DNA from: Bacteroidota bacterium
GTDB lineage: Bacteria; Bacteroidota; Bacteroidia; AKYH767-A; JAHEYN01
NCBI GenBank assembly: GCA_023251555.1
Contig: JAHEYN010000008.1
Location: 11,535-75,534 of the forward strand
Length of the DNA: 64,000 nucleotides
Direction of reading: 5' to 3'
Under the pieces are notes generated by a model. It saw nothing but the letters and a program-made list of their open reading frames with translations, ran no database searches and had not been told where the DNA came from. The position numbers were made by a program, and so were the translations under genes. Below are positions 10,128 to 21,211 of the stretch, piece by piece. Numbering within the stretch: position 1 is the stretch's first letter; every line of letters begins with the position of its first letter.

Positions 10128-12590
10128 ATGCAGCGTTATCTTTTCATAACCATTGTTTTGCTCCTTTTACAGGGAACAAGACTTTTGCATGCACAGACAA
10201 AAGTATCCGGCACTGTTACCGATGCCCTTACAAATGAAACAATACCTTTTGCAAATATCTTTTTTAAAGGCACAAACACAGGGACCGTTACCGATGTAAA
10301 CGGAAATTTTACCATTCAGGCGGATAACCCTTCTGATTCGCTTGTAGCTTCGTTCGTAGGATATATCAGTGCTTCCATACCTGTAACAAAGAATAAAAGC
10401 CAGGTAATCAACTTTTCCCTCAAAGCCAGCAAGATGGAACTCCCGGAGATAGTGATAAGACCGGGGGTGAATCCTGCACTTGCCATGCTTAAAAAGATAC
10501 AGGAGAACAAAGAAAAAAACGACAAGAAAAACCTCGATGCTTACGAACAGGAAGTGTATACCAAACTTGAATTCGACATTAACAACATTACCGAAAAATT
10601 CAAAAAGAAAAAAGTGATGCGTCCTTTTGCATTCGTGTTTGACAACATTGACACCACCGCTACCAACAAAAAACCCTTCCTCCCCATTTTCATCTCGGAA
10701 GCTTTGTCCGACTTCTATTACAGGAGCAGTCCGGCGGCACAAAAAGAAATTATCAAAGCCAGTAAAGTATCCGGGGTGGAAAATGAGACGGTTACGCAGT
10801 TTCTCGGCGACATGTACCAGAACACCAACATTTATGATAACTTTATTAATGTGTTCGGGAAAAGCTTTGTAAGCCCTCTTGCCAACATAGGCCAGGTATA
10901 TTACAGGTATTACATCGTGGACAGTGCCTTTTTCGGGGATAAATGGTGTTACAAAATCACCTTCCGCCCGAGGCGAAAACAGGAACTGACCTTCACCGGG
11001 GATTTCTGGGTCAATGACACCTCATTCGCCATCCGTAAAATCAGCGCCCGGATTGCCAATGATGCCAATGTCAACTTCGTGGAAGATCTTGCAGTAGTGC
11101 AGGAATACGAGCTGGTTGACAACAAACAGTGGATGGTAACCAAGGATATGCTCGTAGTGGACTTCGTGGCAAAAGAAGAAGGCATGAGTTTCATCGGCAG
11201 GCGATCCACCTCCTACAAAAAAATTATACTGAACCAGCCAAAACCGCATTCATTTTTCGCAGAAGATGGATCTGACATCATTGTTGCTGCAGATGCCGGC
11301 AAAAAAGACGATGCTTTCTGGGCGCATGCCCGGCATGATTCCCTTTCCCTGCGCGAGAAAAAAATATATTCCATGGTGGATACCCTGCAGACACTTCCTG
11401 CTTTTAAGACATGGGTGGATCTTGTAATTCTTTTTACAACAGGCTATAAGGAGATCGGTAATTTTGAACTGGGCCCCTATTACACCCTGTACAGCTTCAA
11501 CACCATTGAAGGAAACCGCTTCCGCCTCGGAGGAAGAACGGGCAATAATTTCAGCACCAACGTAATCCTCGACGGGTACGGGGCATACGGCACCAAAGAC
11601 GGTAAGTTCAAATACAAGGGCGGTATACAGTATTATCTCTCAAAAAAACCCCGGCAGTCGGTCGGCTTCTCCTACAAAAACGATGTGGAGCAGCTCGGCA
11701 AAAGCGAGAATGCTTTCCAGCAGGACAACATCCTTGCTTCTGTTCTGCGAAGGATCCCCTCCAACAAACTAACCACTATTGAAGAAACAAAGTTTTATTA
11801 TGAACGGGAGTGGGTTCCCGGTTTCTCCAGCCGTATAGGATTTACACACCGCTTCTACTCCCCGCTGGACCCGCTTGATTACTCCTATTATGTTAACGAC
11901 ACTAAAACAGGGATCAGGAATACGCTCAACACCTCAGAAATATCACTGTACACACGCTTTGCCTACAAGGAAAAATTTGTGACCGGGAAAGTGGATCGTA
12001 TCAGTCTCGGGACGAAATACCCCGTCCTGCAGGTGAACTACCTCGCGGGACTTAAAGGTGTAATGGGAAGCAATTTCTCCTACAACAGGCTGACGCTGAA
12101 AGTTGACGATAAGTTTTTTATCAATCCTCTGGGATGGGCTTATATTCTCGCGGAAGCAGGAAAAACATGGGGCACTGTGCCTTATCCCCTCCTTGAAGTT
12201 CACAGGGGCAACGAAACCTACTCCTATGATTACATGGCTTTTAACATGATGAACTACTACGAATTTGTGAGTGACACGTACCTCAGCCTTTTTCTTGCAC
12301 ACCATTTTGACGGCCTTTTTCTGAATAAAATTCCTTTACTTAGGAAACTGAAATGGAGAGAAGTGTTAACAGCAAAAGGCGTGGCAGGAAATCTTTCAGA
12401 AAAAAACAGGCAGATACTCCTTGACCCCAATGCCTTTTTCCCCCTGAGAAAGCCTTACGCCGAAGCCGGGGCGGGAATAGAAAACATCTTTGAGATCTTC
12501 AGGGTGGATGTATTGTGGAGGCTCTCCTACCTGGACCATCCCGGTGTCTCAAAGGTTGGTATCAGAGGAAGCATACAGGTAAGTTTCTAA
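10128..12590 (+). CDS. CarboxypepD_reg-like domain plus DUF5686-like large outer-membrane-associated protein
   Basis: Signal peptide, then [38 protein letters not shown] (carboxypeptidase regulatory-like beta-sandwich), then a long beta-rich region. 820 aa. Immediately upstream of lptB. Confidence 0.55.
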   Translation: MQRYLFITIVLLLLQGTRLLHAQTKVSGTVTDALTNETIPFANIFFKGTNTGTVTDVNGNFTIQADNPSDSLVASFVGYISASIPVTKNKSQVINFSLKASKMELPEIVIRPGVNPALAMLKKIQENKEKNDKKNLDAYEQEVYTKLEFDINNITEKFKKKKVMRPFAFVFDNIDTTATNKKPFLPIFISEALSDFYYRSSPAAQKEIIKASKVSGVENETVTQFLGDMYQNTNIYDNFINVFGKSFVSPLANIGQVYYRYYIVDSAFFGDKWCYKITFRPRRKQELTFTGDFWVNDTSFAIRKISARIANDANVNFVEDLAVVQEYELVDNKQWMVTKDMLVVDFVAKEEGMSFIGRRSTSYKKIILNQPKPHSFFAEDGSDIIVAADAGKKDDAFWAHARHDSLSLREKKIYSMVDTLQTLPAFKTWVDLVILFTTGYKEIGNFELGPYYTLYSFNTIEGNRFRLGGRTGNNFSTNVILDGYGAYGTKDGKFKYKGGIQYYLSKKPRQSVGFSYKNDVEQLGKSENAFQQDNILASVLRRIPSNKLTTIEETKFYYEREWVPGFSSRIGFTHRFYSPLDPLDYSYYVNDTKTGIRNTLNTSEISLYTRFAYKEKFVTGKVDRISLGTKYPVLQVNYLAGLKGVMGSNFSYNRLTLKVDDKFFINPLGWAYILAEAGKTWGTVPYPLLEVHRGNETYSYDYMAFNMMNYYEFVSDTYLSLFLAHHFDGLFLNKIPLLRKLKWREVLTAKGVAGNLSEKNRQILLDPNAFFPLRKPYAEAGAGIENIFEIFRVDVLWRLSYLDHPGVSKVGIRGSIQVSF

Positions 12591-12601
12591 AATTATACCG
12601 C

Positions 12602-13333
12602 ATGGCACTTAAATCGGAAAACCTTGTCAAGAGATACAAAAGCCGCACCGTAGCGGACGGCGTTTCCATTGAAGTTAAGCAGGGCGAGATCGTTGGCCTG
12701 CTCGGGCCGAACGGCGCCGGCAAAACCACCTGCTTTTATATGATCGTCGGGCTCATCAAACCCAACGGGGGTAAAATATTACTCGACGAAGCCGACATCA
12801 CCGGGGAACCCATGTATAAGAGAGCGCAACGGGGCATAGGCTATCTCCCACAGGAAGCCTCCGTATTCAGGAAACTCAGCGTGGAAGATAATATTATAGC
12901 AGTACTCGAAATGACTTCCATGTCACGCCAGGAGATAAAAACAAAACTGGAGAGCATCCTATCCGAGTTTGGACTCCAGCGCGTGAGAAAAACAAGGGGT
13001 GACCTGCTGTCGGGAGGAGAGCGCCGCAGAACAGAGATTGCACGCGCGCTTGCCGTAGATCCCAAATTCATCCTCCTTGATGAACCATTTGCAGGGATCG
13101 ATCCCATTGCGGTTGAAGACATACAGCAAATTGTTGCAAGGCTCAAGAAAAAAAATATCGGCATCCTCATCACCGACCATAATGTGCATGAGACCTTATC
13201 TATCACCGACCGGGCATACCTCCTGTTCGAGGGACGTATACTGAAGTCCGGCACTGCCGAAGAGCTGGCACGAGACCCCGAGGTAAGGCGTGTGTACCTC
13301 GGCCAGAGTTTTGAACTGCGTAACCAGAAGTAG
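12602..13333 (+). CDS. lptB: LPS export ABC transporter ATP-binding protein LptB
   Basis: Walker [10 protein letters not shown], signature LSGGERRR, Walker [12 protein letters not shown]. About 243 aa from the internal Met, which fits LptB. Confidence 0.9.
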   Translation: MALKSENLVKRYKSRTVADGVSIEVKQGEIVGLLGPNGAGKTTCFYMIVGLIKPNGGKILLDEADITGEPMYKRAQRGIGYLPQEASVFRKLSVEDNIIAVLEMTSMSRQEIKTKLESILSEFGLQRVRKTRGDLLSGGERRRTEIARALAVDPKFILLDEPFAGIDPIAVEDIQQIVARLKKKNIGILITDHNVHETLSITDRAYLLFEGRILKSGTAEELARDPEVRRVYLGQSFELRNQK

Positions 13334-13353
13334 TTTCTCCTTCCAGCGCAACC

Positions 13354-16275
13354 ATGAGTCATTTAAAAAAATTTATCACCGGCAGTCATGACAAAAATGC
13401 TGCGGGGGCAAAAACAATTTTCATTGCCCTGCTTTACGCTCTTTTTCTCGTCCTTGTGATAACTGCCGCCTGGCCATTATCATTACACTCATTCAACGGG
13501 AGAGAAATAGGAGAAGGCGCATTCAGGAATATTGATATCAGCGAACGTGTCAGGCTTTTTTATTTTGCACTGCTTCTGTTTGCATGCCTGGCCTTTGCTT
13601 TCCGGAAAGTGCTGAACCGGCTGCATGCCCTGTTCAATGAAAAAGAAATAAACATCCTCAGCTACTCTTCTCTTGCAGGGTTATTCCTGCTGCTGCTCAG
13701 CCTGTACAGTGAAAAGCTTACCGGCAATATCAGGCAGTTGCCGGGGATAAGCGGGCTTTTTAATATGTTCCCCTCTTTCACGCTCCTTGCAGGGCTGCAC
13801 CTGTCCGTATACGCAGGGGTGGCCGTTTCCAGGCTTGTCAACCCTAAAGAAAGCAGCCTGTCATATGAACACTATGCCCTGTTCTTCATTTTATCCTTCA
13901 ATCTTTTTTTTCTTGCTGCCGCACTTCCGCTGAAAATCAATCATAGTATTTTTATTGCAATTACATCTTCCCTCCTTCCTCTTATCTTTCAGATGGCCGA
14001 ATATAAAACCGGCACCCCTATGTTTTTCCGGAAGATGTGCACTACATGCAGACCACTCGCATTCCTGCCACTTCTCTTCATTGCGGCAGATGAGTTATCG
14101 ATCATATTCAACGCGAGGGGAATCCCGGGTGTCACCCCGGGAATCATCTTCCTGGGAGGTCTGCTGGTAATTATTGCTTTCATGGCCAGGGGTATGCTTC
14201 GCATGCCCACCCTGCTCCCGGAACCCAATAACCTCCTGTCAAAATTTTATTTCCCCATGATGGCAGCGGGCATGTTGCTTTTCGCTTTTTACAACCCGGC
14301 TGCCAGACCTTCCCCTGATCTGTTTGAGAAGGCAAATACCATCCTCCCCATACAGCAGTTTTACGAATACGGAAAACTTCCTCTGGCAGAAACATTTAAC
14401 TCTCACTTGTTCTCCGATCACTTCTGGAGCTTCATCTATACCTTTATAAACGGCTACGACCATAGCGACCCCTTTTCCATGGAACTTTATAATTTCATGG
14501 ATATGATCCTGTGGGGAGTGCTGGTTTATTATTTTCTGCTGTCATTCACTTCTACTCATTATGCGGCACTCTTCATACTGCTCTTTATCCCTTTCACTCC
14601 GGCCCTCTTCCCGGAAAACCAGACCATTGTACTCGTATCCCTGTTCGCATGTGTAAGACTTATCCGCTCCCAGAGCGTGTTTAACTACTCCCTCTGGGTT
14701 TCCTCCATTCTTTTTTTTATTTTATGGAGAGCTGACCTGGGGCTGGCAAACCTGGCAGCTTCCCCGGTAACAGTGATCGCAGGTTTTTATGTTTCAAAAA
14801 CAAATATCAACCTGAAAAATCTGCGCAGGGCCATACTGGGAATCCTCCTCATACTTATCCTTGCAGGCACTGCAATCACGCTGTATTCACATGTGAAATT
14901 TTTCAACGTACTGAGGGATATCACCTCCCATCTTTCTGCCTCCCAGGCTTACGGGTACAAGGCACTTGCTTCGCAATACGACTCTTTTTTCCTGCTCCAG
15001 TACTTCCTGTTTCCCGCAGTTGTAGTGGTAATAGCAGGCATCGTCCTGTATAAGTATGCCAGCTTAGCGGAAAACCGTCAACTGCATTTTGTCGCCACGG
15101 CTCTGATATTCCTGTGCTTCTTTTATCTTTTCAATTTTCACAGGGGGCTCGTCAGGCACGGGTTTGTAGAAGGAATGGACAGGGAGTTGTCTTCTTTTGT
15201 TTTCCTTATTTTCAGCGGAAGCATCTTTTTATTCACAGGAAGAGATCTGAATCCTGTACGCAAAACAGGAATCTTTCTCCTATCAGCCTATGTCATGATT
15301 TACCTGTACAAGTATCCAAAACAAGACCTGACTGCATACAGCAGCCTGTATGACAGGTATGCAGGGAAAACAGAATCCTATGTTCCTCTTTCCTCTGGGG
15401 GAAATAAAATCTGCCGCTGCTCCGTCAGCAATGAATTCAGGGACTCCGCCTATGGGGAATTAGAAAGTTTTCTCTCATCAGTACTGAAAAAAGATGAGAC
15501 TTTCATAGATTTCTCCAACAGCCCCATGCTCTACTTTTATACCCACAGGAAAGAGCCTTCATTCTTTATACAGATCCCCTCAATGCTGCATAACGACTAC
15601 CTGCAAAACAGGTTTCTTAAAAACCTCAAAAAAGAAAAAGTTCCCGTAGTCATTTTCTCCGGCATCCCCGAAACCTGGTATGACCATATGGACGAAGTCC
15701 CCAACGCTGTACGTCATTACAGAATTGCAGAATACATATACACCAACTATCACCCTTTTGCTGTTATTGACAAGAGGGCGGTCTGGGTTGAAAATACTTT
15801 TCACCCACCCGATACGCCCGTCATGCAGCGGGATGAATATTCCGGATCCCCCCGCAGCTATGACCTGATGGATCTTCCTTTTATATGGGGCACATATGAC
15901 AGCCGTATCAGCACATGCCGCGTACTGTCAGTCCCGGCAGCCCTTCCCGTAACAACGGGTATGGATATTGCGCAGTATCCCGTTGATACAGTTATTGATA
16001 AATCTTCGGGCAATTACCTGCTGCTTGAAATTTCTTCCGGTAATTCAATTGACATTCCTGTTGCCCTCAGGTACGGGAAAGGGGAGAAAACAAACGGGGA
16101 GTTCCTTTTTCTCATTCATCCTTCAGCAAACCCATTGAAATATGCAATCAGGCTGAGTACCCAATATAACTGGATGCGTTTGGAAAATGAATGGATCAGC
16201 ATAGCCGCTTCCCCAGGCTCCCATCCCCATGGCAAGACAAGTGTTCTGTCGGCCGCTCTCCTGAAAGGAGATTAA
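13354..16275 (+). CDS. large polytopic membrane protein (about 20 TM helices plus C-terminal soluble domain), function unknown, possibly glycan/LPS related
   Basis: 973 aa. Many hydrophobic helices in the first 600 aa, then a roughly 350-aa hydrophilic C-terminal domain. Sits between lptB and a GT9 heptosyltransferase. Confidence 0.5.
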   Translation: MSHLKKFITGSHDKNAAGAKTIFIALLYALFLVLVITAAWPLSLHSFNGREIGEGAFRNIDISERVRLFYFALLLFACLAFAFRKVLNRLHALFNEKEINILSYSSLAGLFLLLLSLYSEKLTGNIRQLPGISGLFNMFPSFTLLAGLHLSVYAGVAVSRLVNPKESSLSYEHYALFFILSFNLFFLAAALPLKINHSIFIAITSSLLPLIFQMAEYKTGTPMFFRKMCTTCRPLAFLPLLFIAADELSIIFNARGIPGVTPGIIFLGGLLVIIAFMARGMLRMPTLLPEPNNLLSKFYFPMMAAGMLLFAFYNPAARPSPDLFEKANTILPIQQFYEYGKLPLAETFNSHLFSDHFWSFIYTFINGYDHSDPFSMELYNFMDMILWGVLVYYFLLSFTSTHYAALFILLFIPFTPALFPENQTIVLVSLFACVRLIRSQSVFNYSLWVSSILFFILWRADLGLANLAASPVTVIAGFYVSKTNINLKNLRRAILGILLILILAGTAITLYSHVKFFNVLRDITSHLSASQAYGYKALASQYDSFFLLQYFLFPAVVVVIAGIVLYKYASLAENRQLHFVATALIFLCFFYLFNFHRGLVRHGFVEGMDRELSSFVFLIFSGSIFLFTGRDLNPVRKTGIFLLSAYVMIYLYKYPKQDLTAYSSLYDRYAGKTESYVPLSSGGNKICRCSVSNEFRDSAYGELESFLSSVLKKDETFIDFSNSPMLYFYTHRKEPSFFIQIPSMLHNDYLQNRFLKNLKKEKVPVVIFSGIPETWYDHMDEVPNAVRHYRIAEYIYTNYHPFAVIDKRAVWVENTFHPPDTPVMQRDEYSGSPRSYDLMDLPFIWGTYDSRISTCRVLSVPAALPVTTGMDIAQYPVDTVIDKSSGNYLLLEISSGNSIDIPVALRYGKGEKTNGEFLFLIHPSANPLKYAIRLSTQYNWMRLENEWISIAASPGSHPHGKTSVLSAALLKGD

Positions 16276-17531
16276 TGAAGGTAAAAACCAAAATAAAGAT
16301 TGACCGGATCATTGGAAAGCCGGTTGCATATGTCCTCAACATCTGTGCAAGGACTCTTGGCTTTCTCCTGGGAATTGACCATTCCCTGAGCAAACCGGTA
16401 AAAAATATTGTCGTCTGCAAATTTATGGGGATGGGCAGTATCATCCATGCAGGCCCGATGCTGCAAACACTCCGAACGTCTTTTCCTTCAGCAAGAATCA
16501 TCTTTGTAACATCTTCCGTCAACCGGGAAATTCTTGAATTACAGAACCTTACCGATGAAATTGTCACGATTAACGATGGCAACTTCTTCGGCCTGATACT
16601 TTCATCTTTTACAGCACTGCTGAGGCTATGGAGAATCAATATTAACCTCTATTTTGACCTTGAGCTGTATTCCTACTTCAGCACCATCTTGTCAACGGCA
16701 AGCCTTGCCATCAACCGCTTCGGGTATTACAGGAGATCGAATAAATACAGAATAGGGATATACACTCATCTCATGTATTTCAACACCACGGCGCCGCTCT
16801 CGCAGGTATATTTACAGCTATGCAGGATGGCGGGGTGTAAAAATGTAACGGAAACACTTCCTCCTCTCCCTGTCGGGGAAAAGGAAACGGAAGGAATGAA
16901 AAGCAAACTCAGGACAAAGTACTCCGGCATATTTCCGGGACAATACATGGTAATAAATCCGAATGCTTCCGGGCTTCTCCCGGAAAGACGATGGGGAAAA
17001 AACAACTTTTCGGAAATCATCAATATCACAGGCAAAAAATTTCCCGGGCTGAATATCGTGCTCACAGGCAACACTCATGAAATACCATACACGGAAAGCA
17101 TCCTTGACAATGTCACACCGGAGATAAGACCCTGCGTCATTTCAACAGCCGGGCTGCTGACAGTTCCTGAGCTGGTTGCGCTCATCTCGGGCTGCAATCT
17201 GCTCCTCTCATGCGACTCCGGACCCATGCATATCGGCATGGCACTGAAAAAAAACACTATCGGGCTTTTCGGCCCGTGCAGCCCCGCACAATATCTTATT
17301 CCTTCGGAAAAATTCCTGCCGCTATACCGACAGGTTTATTGCAGCCCCTGTGTTCACCAGTTTGATACTCCTCCCTGCAATGGCAACAACCAGTGCATGC
17401 AGCTTATCTCTGTAAAAGAAGTTGCCGGTGCAGTATTGTATGCACTTGAAAAAAATATACTCCCGGGCACCGGACTTCCGGGAGAGGCTGTTTTCAATAT
17501 TGCCGGGATCGGCGAAATCCGAAAAGCCTAA
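16275..17531 (+). CDS. glycosyltransferase family 9 (LPS heptosyltransferase-like)
   Basis: NIVVCKFMGMGSIIHAGPMLQTLRTSFPSARIIFV N-terminus, and ...LLSCDSGPMHIGMAL...GLFGP... matches the GT9 C-terminal donor-binding region. TAATG start/stop overlap with the upstream gene. Confidence 0.8.
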   Translation: MKVKTKIKIDRIIGKPVAYVLNICARTLGFLLGIDHSLSKPVKNIVVCKFMGMGSIIHAGPMLQTLRTSFPSARIIFVTSSVNREILELQNLTDEIVTINDGNFFGLILSSFTALLRLWRININLYFDLELYSYFSTILSTASLAINRFGYYRRSNKYRIGIYTHLMYFNTTAPLSQVYLQLCRMAGCKNVTETLPPLPVGEKETEGMKSKLRTKYSGIFPGQYMVINPNASGLLPERRWGKNNFSEIINITGKKFPGLNIVLTGNTHEIPYTESILDNVTPEIRPCVISTAGLLTVPELVALISGCNLLLSCDSGPMHIGMALKKNTIGLFGPCSPAQYLIPSEKFLPLYRQVYCSPCVHQFDTPPCNGNNQCMQLISVKEVAGAVLYALEKNILPGTGLPGEAVFNIAGIGEIRKA

Positions 17532-17788
17532 TGACTGCCGCTACCCGATATTGAGAAAGTGTAAAACTCCATGATGGGATTCGCGAGCAGTTTCCTGCAG
17601 GCGGCATCAACCTTTTCGCGGGCAGCAGCCTCCGATGAAGCCTCCACTTCAAGAGAGATATGCTTCCCGATCCTGACATCTTCTATTTCGGGGAGACCCA
17701 GGTTCTTCATACTTCCTGTAACTGCCTTGCCCTGAGGATCCAGTAACGCTTTAAGGGGCATTACATCAATTTCTGCCGTGAACTTCAT
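17528..17788 (-). CDS. purS: phosphoribosylformylglycinamidine synthase subunit PurS
   Basis: 86 aa. MKFTAEIDVMPLKALLDPQGKAVTGSMKNLG...LEVEASSEAAAREKVDAACRKLLANP aligns to the PurS family. Confidence 0.85.
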   Translation of the reverse strand: MKFTAEIDVMPLKALLDPQGKAVTGSMKNLGLPEIEDVRIGKHISLEVEASSEAAAREKVDAACRKLLANPIMEFYTFSISGSGSH

Positions 17789-18491
17789 GTTTAATAATAT
17801 TTTCTGCGATTGACAAAACTATATATAAAACTATTACCATTGGTATTGCTGCATACAAAAACACCGGCATAAGTATAACCGTGGAAAGCATGAGTATATA
17901 ACGCATACGGTTTTTATTCCACCCATATGTTTTGAATTTGAGAGACATAAGCGGGACTTCCGACACCATGAGAAACGATGTAAGAAGCGTAAGGCCGGAA
18001 AGAAACCATGGATTCAGTATAAGTACATCCAACCCATATCGGTCATGCGCAAGTATAAGCGGGAGAGAAGCAAGCAGCATGGCGTTCGCGGGTGTGGGAA
18101 GACCGAGAAAGGAATCCGATTGCCGGGTATCTACATTGAATTTGGCAAGGCGCCATGCAGAAAAAACCGGTACCAGCAATGCCATATACTGAAGCGGCAT
18201 CATCACGGGAGACATTCCATCCGGGGCGAGAGACTGTTCAAAAAGTTTCCACATAATCATTCCGGGAGCAAGCCCAAAGCTTATCATATCGGCAAGAGAA
18301 TCAAGCTGCTTTCCTATCTCCGAAAAAACTGCCAGCACCCTTGCCGCAAAGCCGTCAAAAAAATCAAGGATGGCCGCAACACCAATAAGGTAAGCACTTT
18401 CACACAGATTGCCCTCCAGGGCGGCAATCACAGCAAGACAGCCGCAAAAAAGATTTATGGATGTGATGAGATTGGGAAGATGCCTGCCCAT
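17766..18491 (-). CDS. pssA: CDP-alcohol phosphatidyltransferase (phosphatidylserine synthase-like)
   Basis: DFFDGFAARVL...GKQLDSLADMISFG matches the CDP-OH phosphatidyltransferase motif D(x)2DG(x)2AR...G(x)3D(x)3D. Start placed at the internal MGRHLPNL. Confidence 0.75.
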   Translation of the reverse strand: MGRHLPNLITSINLFCGCLAVIAALEGNLCESAYLIGVAAILDFFDGFAARVLAVFSEIGKQLDSLADMISFGLAPGMIMWKLFEQSLAPDGMSPVMMPLQYMALLVPVFSAWRLAKFNVDTRQSDSFLGLPTPANAMLLASLPLILAHDRYGLDVLILNPWFLSGLTLLTSFLMVSEVPLMSLKFKTYGWNKNRMRYILMLSTVILMPVFLYAAIPMVIVLYIVLSIAENIIKHEVHGRN

Positions 18492-18572
18492 GAGAAATGG
18501 TTTTACAGTATTGTTAACAATATCCGCCCTGCAATAGTAAAAAAATTTTGGCGTAAATTTGCAGGAGTTATA

Positions 18573-20000
18573 ATGAAAATAACAGGAAGTCTCCATCTCC
18601 GTTACAGGGATAAAAAATATTTACTTTTTTTCTTCCTGTTTTTTTTTCTGCTCGTATTTTTCAGCACGCCTGTCCCCTTCTTCTGGGACATGATCAACTA
18701 CTCTGCCAAGGCACAATACTATTTCAGCAGCAATTTTTCTGATTTAATCGCCCCCTGCGGCGTAGATGACGGCCACCCTCCCCTGTTCCCCCTTTACATT
18801 GCCCTGGCATGGAAAATATCCGGAAAGTCGCTGGCTGTATGCCACTGGGCTATGCTGCCTGTAATGCTTGGCATAATATGGGAAACCAACAGGCTTGCCT
18901 CCAGGTTCCTCTCACGGAGATTACGGGTTGCAGCCCTCATCCTGGTTCTTGCCGACCCGGTGCTGCTGACGCAATGTGTATTGTTCGGACAGGATCTCTT
19001 CATCATATATTTTTTTCTGCTCTCCCTCAACTCCATACTTTACGGAAAGAAAAAAAGTTTTGCTGTTGCTTCCTCTCTCCTCGCCATGACCAGCATGCGC
19101 GGAATCATGCTGATGGCACCGCTCATACTATGGAACTTCTCAGAAGTCTTTTTTATTGAGAAAAAAAAATGGGGCCTTAAGGATTTTCTACCCTTCCTTC
19201 CTGCTGCTCTTGTGGTTATAGCATGGGGACTGTTCCACTATTCCCGTACCGGGTGGCTTTATTCAGACCCTGAAAAGGCCCGCTGGCTTGCAACTGCAGC
19301 CAGCCCCGCCAAAATGGTCAAAAATTTTGTCAATATTATATGGAAGATCCTGGATTTCGGAAGATTCACACTATGGCTGGTCCCTGCACTGCTGCTGTCA
19401 ACCCGGAAACTTAAAACAGACCGCAACTATATAACACTGGCTATTCTTACGCTTTCGCTTTTCCTCACCTTTGTTTTTTTCATGGTACCTATATCCAACC
19501 CTATCTGTCACCGCTACTTTATTTCCATCAACATTATTGCTGCCATAGCTGCGGTGTACCAGATTCAGTTTATCCGGAGCACATTGGCCAGGAGGCTGGC
19601 TTTCGGAATGCTTCTGCTTGCCATTCTTTCCGGAAATTTCTACCTCTATCCCGAACACCTGAAAAACGGGTGGGATGCTTCACTGAAAGCCCTTCCTTAT
19701 TTCAGTTTAAAGAATCGTGTAATTGAATATGTAAAAGAGAATAATATCGATCCGGGGCAGGTTGCCACAGGATTTCCTCTTTCGGCCCCTTCGAAATACA
19801 CAGACCTTGCAGAGGTAAATTTTTCATTCAGGGACAAGGATACAGGCAGCCTGCGCCAGTTTCCCTATGTTATCCAGTCCAATGTCTGTAATGACTTCAC
19901 CCCTTCCGAACTCGATACACTGCGCTCAGGCTGGCCGCTGGTGCGGGAATTTGCCTCCGGGCAGGTTTATATACGGCTCTACCGGAACCCGGAAAAATAA
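18573..20000 (+). CDS. GT-C fold glycosyltransferase, ArnT/PMT (GT39/GT83)-like membrane protein
   Basis: Multi-TM protein. First periplasmic loop carries DDGHPPLFPLY, resembling the DE..Y/KPPL catalytic loop of ArnT/PMT enzymes. Start at MKITGSL; the 5' part of the listed ORF is antisense to pssA. Confidence 0.6.
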   Translation: MKITGSLHLRYRDKKYLLFFFLFFFLLVFFSTPVPFFWDMINYSAKAQYYFSSNFSDLIAPCGVDDGHPPLFPLYIALAWKISGKSLAVCHWAMLPVMLGIIWETNRLASRFLSRRLRVAALILVLADPVLLTQCVLFGQDLFIIYFFLLSLNSILYGKKKSFAVASSLLAMTSMRGIMLMAPLILWNFSEVFFIEKKKWGLKDFLPFLPAALVVIAWGLFHYSRTGWLYSDPEKARWLATAASPAKMVKNFVNIIWKILDFGRFTLWLVPALLLSTRKLKTDRNYITLAILTLSLFLTFVFFMVPISNPICHRYFISINIIAAIAAVYQIQFIRSTLARRLAFGMLLLAILSGNFYLYPEHLKNGWDASLKALPYFSLKNRVIEYVKENNIDPGQVATGFPLSAPSKYTDLAEVNFSFRDKDTGSLRQFPYVIQSNVCNDFTPSELDTLRSGWPLVREFASGQVYIRLYRNPEK

Positions 20001-20069
20001 AGCCTTTTATATCGTTTCCCTGATGCTGATTTTCAATGCAGGGAAATAGGAAAAAAGCTTATTAATTTG

Positions 20070-20077
20070 TATATTTG
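20070..20077 (+). promoter_or_regulatory. Bacteroidetes -7 promoter element (TATATTTG) upstream of the PorV-family gene
   Basis: Exact match to the TAnnTTTG consensus, 45 nt upstream of the ATG at 20122. No well-spaced -33 TTTG seen. Confidence 0.3.
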
Positions 20078-20121
20078 TATAATAAGTACCCGGAAGTCAT
20101 CGTTATAAGAAAGGAACTTCT

Positions 20122-21210
20122 ATGTCTATGAAAAATATATTATTATTTCCTGTTGGGTTTTTCTTTTTGACGGCACCCGGCTATTCCCAGGCGCCCAAGT
20201 ACAGCAATGAATTTTTAGCCATCGGCGTAGGGGGAAGAGCACTGGGAATGTCCAATGCCTCGGTGGCATCAACAGGAGATGTCTCTTCCGGGTACTGGAA
20301 CCCGGCAGGGCTTTTGTCTGTCAAAGGCGACCTGCAGATTACCGCCATGCATTCCAATTACATGAACGGCCTCAGCAGTTTCGACTATGCTGCCGGTGCT
20401 TCACACATGGACTCTACCGGGGTGCTGGCATTTTCTTTTGTACGATTTGCAGTGGATAATATTCCCGATACCTCTGAACTTCTTGAGCCCGACGGAAGTT
20501 TCAACTACGACCGTATCAAATCCTTCTCCGCAGCTGATTATGCTTTCCTCTTTTCCTATGCAAAACATGCCAAAATACCCGGGCTGAACTACGGCGTTAA
20601 TGCAAAAGTTATCCGCCGTAAAGTCGGCGACTTTGCAGGAGCCTGGGGGTTCGGGCTGGATGCGGGGATCCAGTACCAATGGAAAAAATGGAGATTCGGA
20701 GCCATGGGAAGAGATGTTACGGGGACCTTCAATGCCTGGAGTTTTAACCTCCCTGAATCCATGAAAAACACCTTTGCGCAAACAAACAACGAGATACCTG
20801 AGAATTCCCTTGAAATCACCACCCCTAAACTCATTCTCGGGGTAGCCAGCAAGTATATCCTTAAAAATCATTTCTCCGTATACCCGGAAATAAACCTTGA
20901 TATGACCTTCGACGGGAAGCGGAATGTACTTATTAAAAGTAATGTCCTGAGTGTGGACCCCCATGCAGGTATTGAGCTCGGCTATGACGAACTGATTTTT
21001 GTAAGAGCCGGCCTCGGGAATATACAGCAATCTGCCGGATTCGACGGAAATAAAACAACACTGGTACAACCCGCTTTCGGCGTGGGGCTGCGGCTGAAAA
21101 ATCTCATGGTTGATTATGCACTGTCCAACATGGGCGGGCAGGGCGGCCTTCCCTACTCTCACATATTCTCACTTAAACTGGATATCTATAAAAACAAAAA
21201 AGTAAAATAA
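20122..21210 (+). CDS. porV: PorV/PorQ-family FadL-like outer-membrane beta-barrel (T9SS shuttle-like)
   Basis: Signal peptide. N-terminal hatch with GMSNASVASTGDVSSGYWNPAGL, i.e. the FadL-type NPA motif. Beta-barrel pattern with aromatic C-terminus. Directly upstream of a PorU-like C25 peptidase. Confidence 0.6.
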   Translation: MSMKNILLFPVGFFFLTAPGYSQAPKYSNEFLAIGVGGRALGMSNASVASTGDVSSGYWNPAGLLSVKGDLQITAMHSNYMNGLSSFDYAAGASHMDSTGVLAFSFVRFAVDNIPDTSELLEPDGSFNYDRIKSFSAADYAFLFSYAKHAKIPGLNYGVNAKVIRRKVGDFAGAWGFGLDAGIQYQWKKWRFGAMGRDVTGTFNAWSFNLPESMKNTFAQTNNEIPENSLEITTPKLILGVASKYILKNHFSVYPEINLDMTFDGKRNVLIKSNVLSVDPHAGIELGYDELIFVRAGLGNIQQSAGFDGNKTTLVQPAFGVGLRLKNLMVDYALSNMGGQGGLPYSHIFSLKLDIYKNKKVK

Positions 21211-21211
21211 A

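Noticed and set aside
18045-18572. 5' part of the long + strand ORF 18045..20000
   Set aside because: This segment is antisense to the pssA-like gene and lacks any recognisable protein features. The real GT-C protein begins at the internal Met at 18573.
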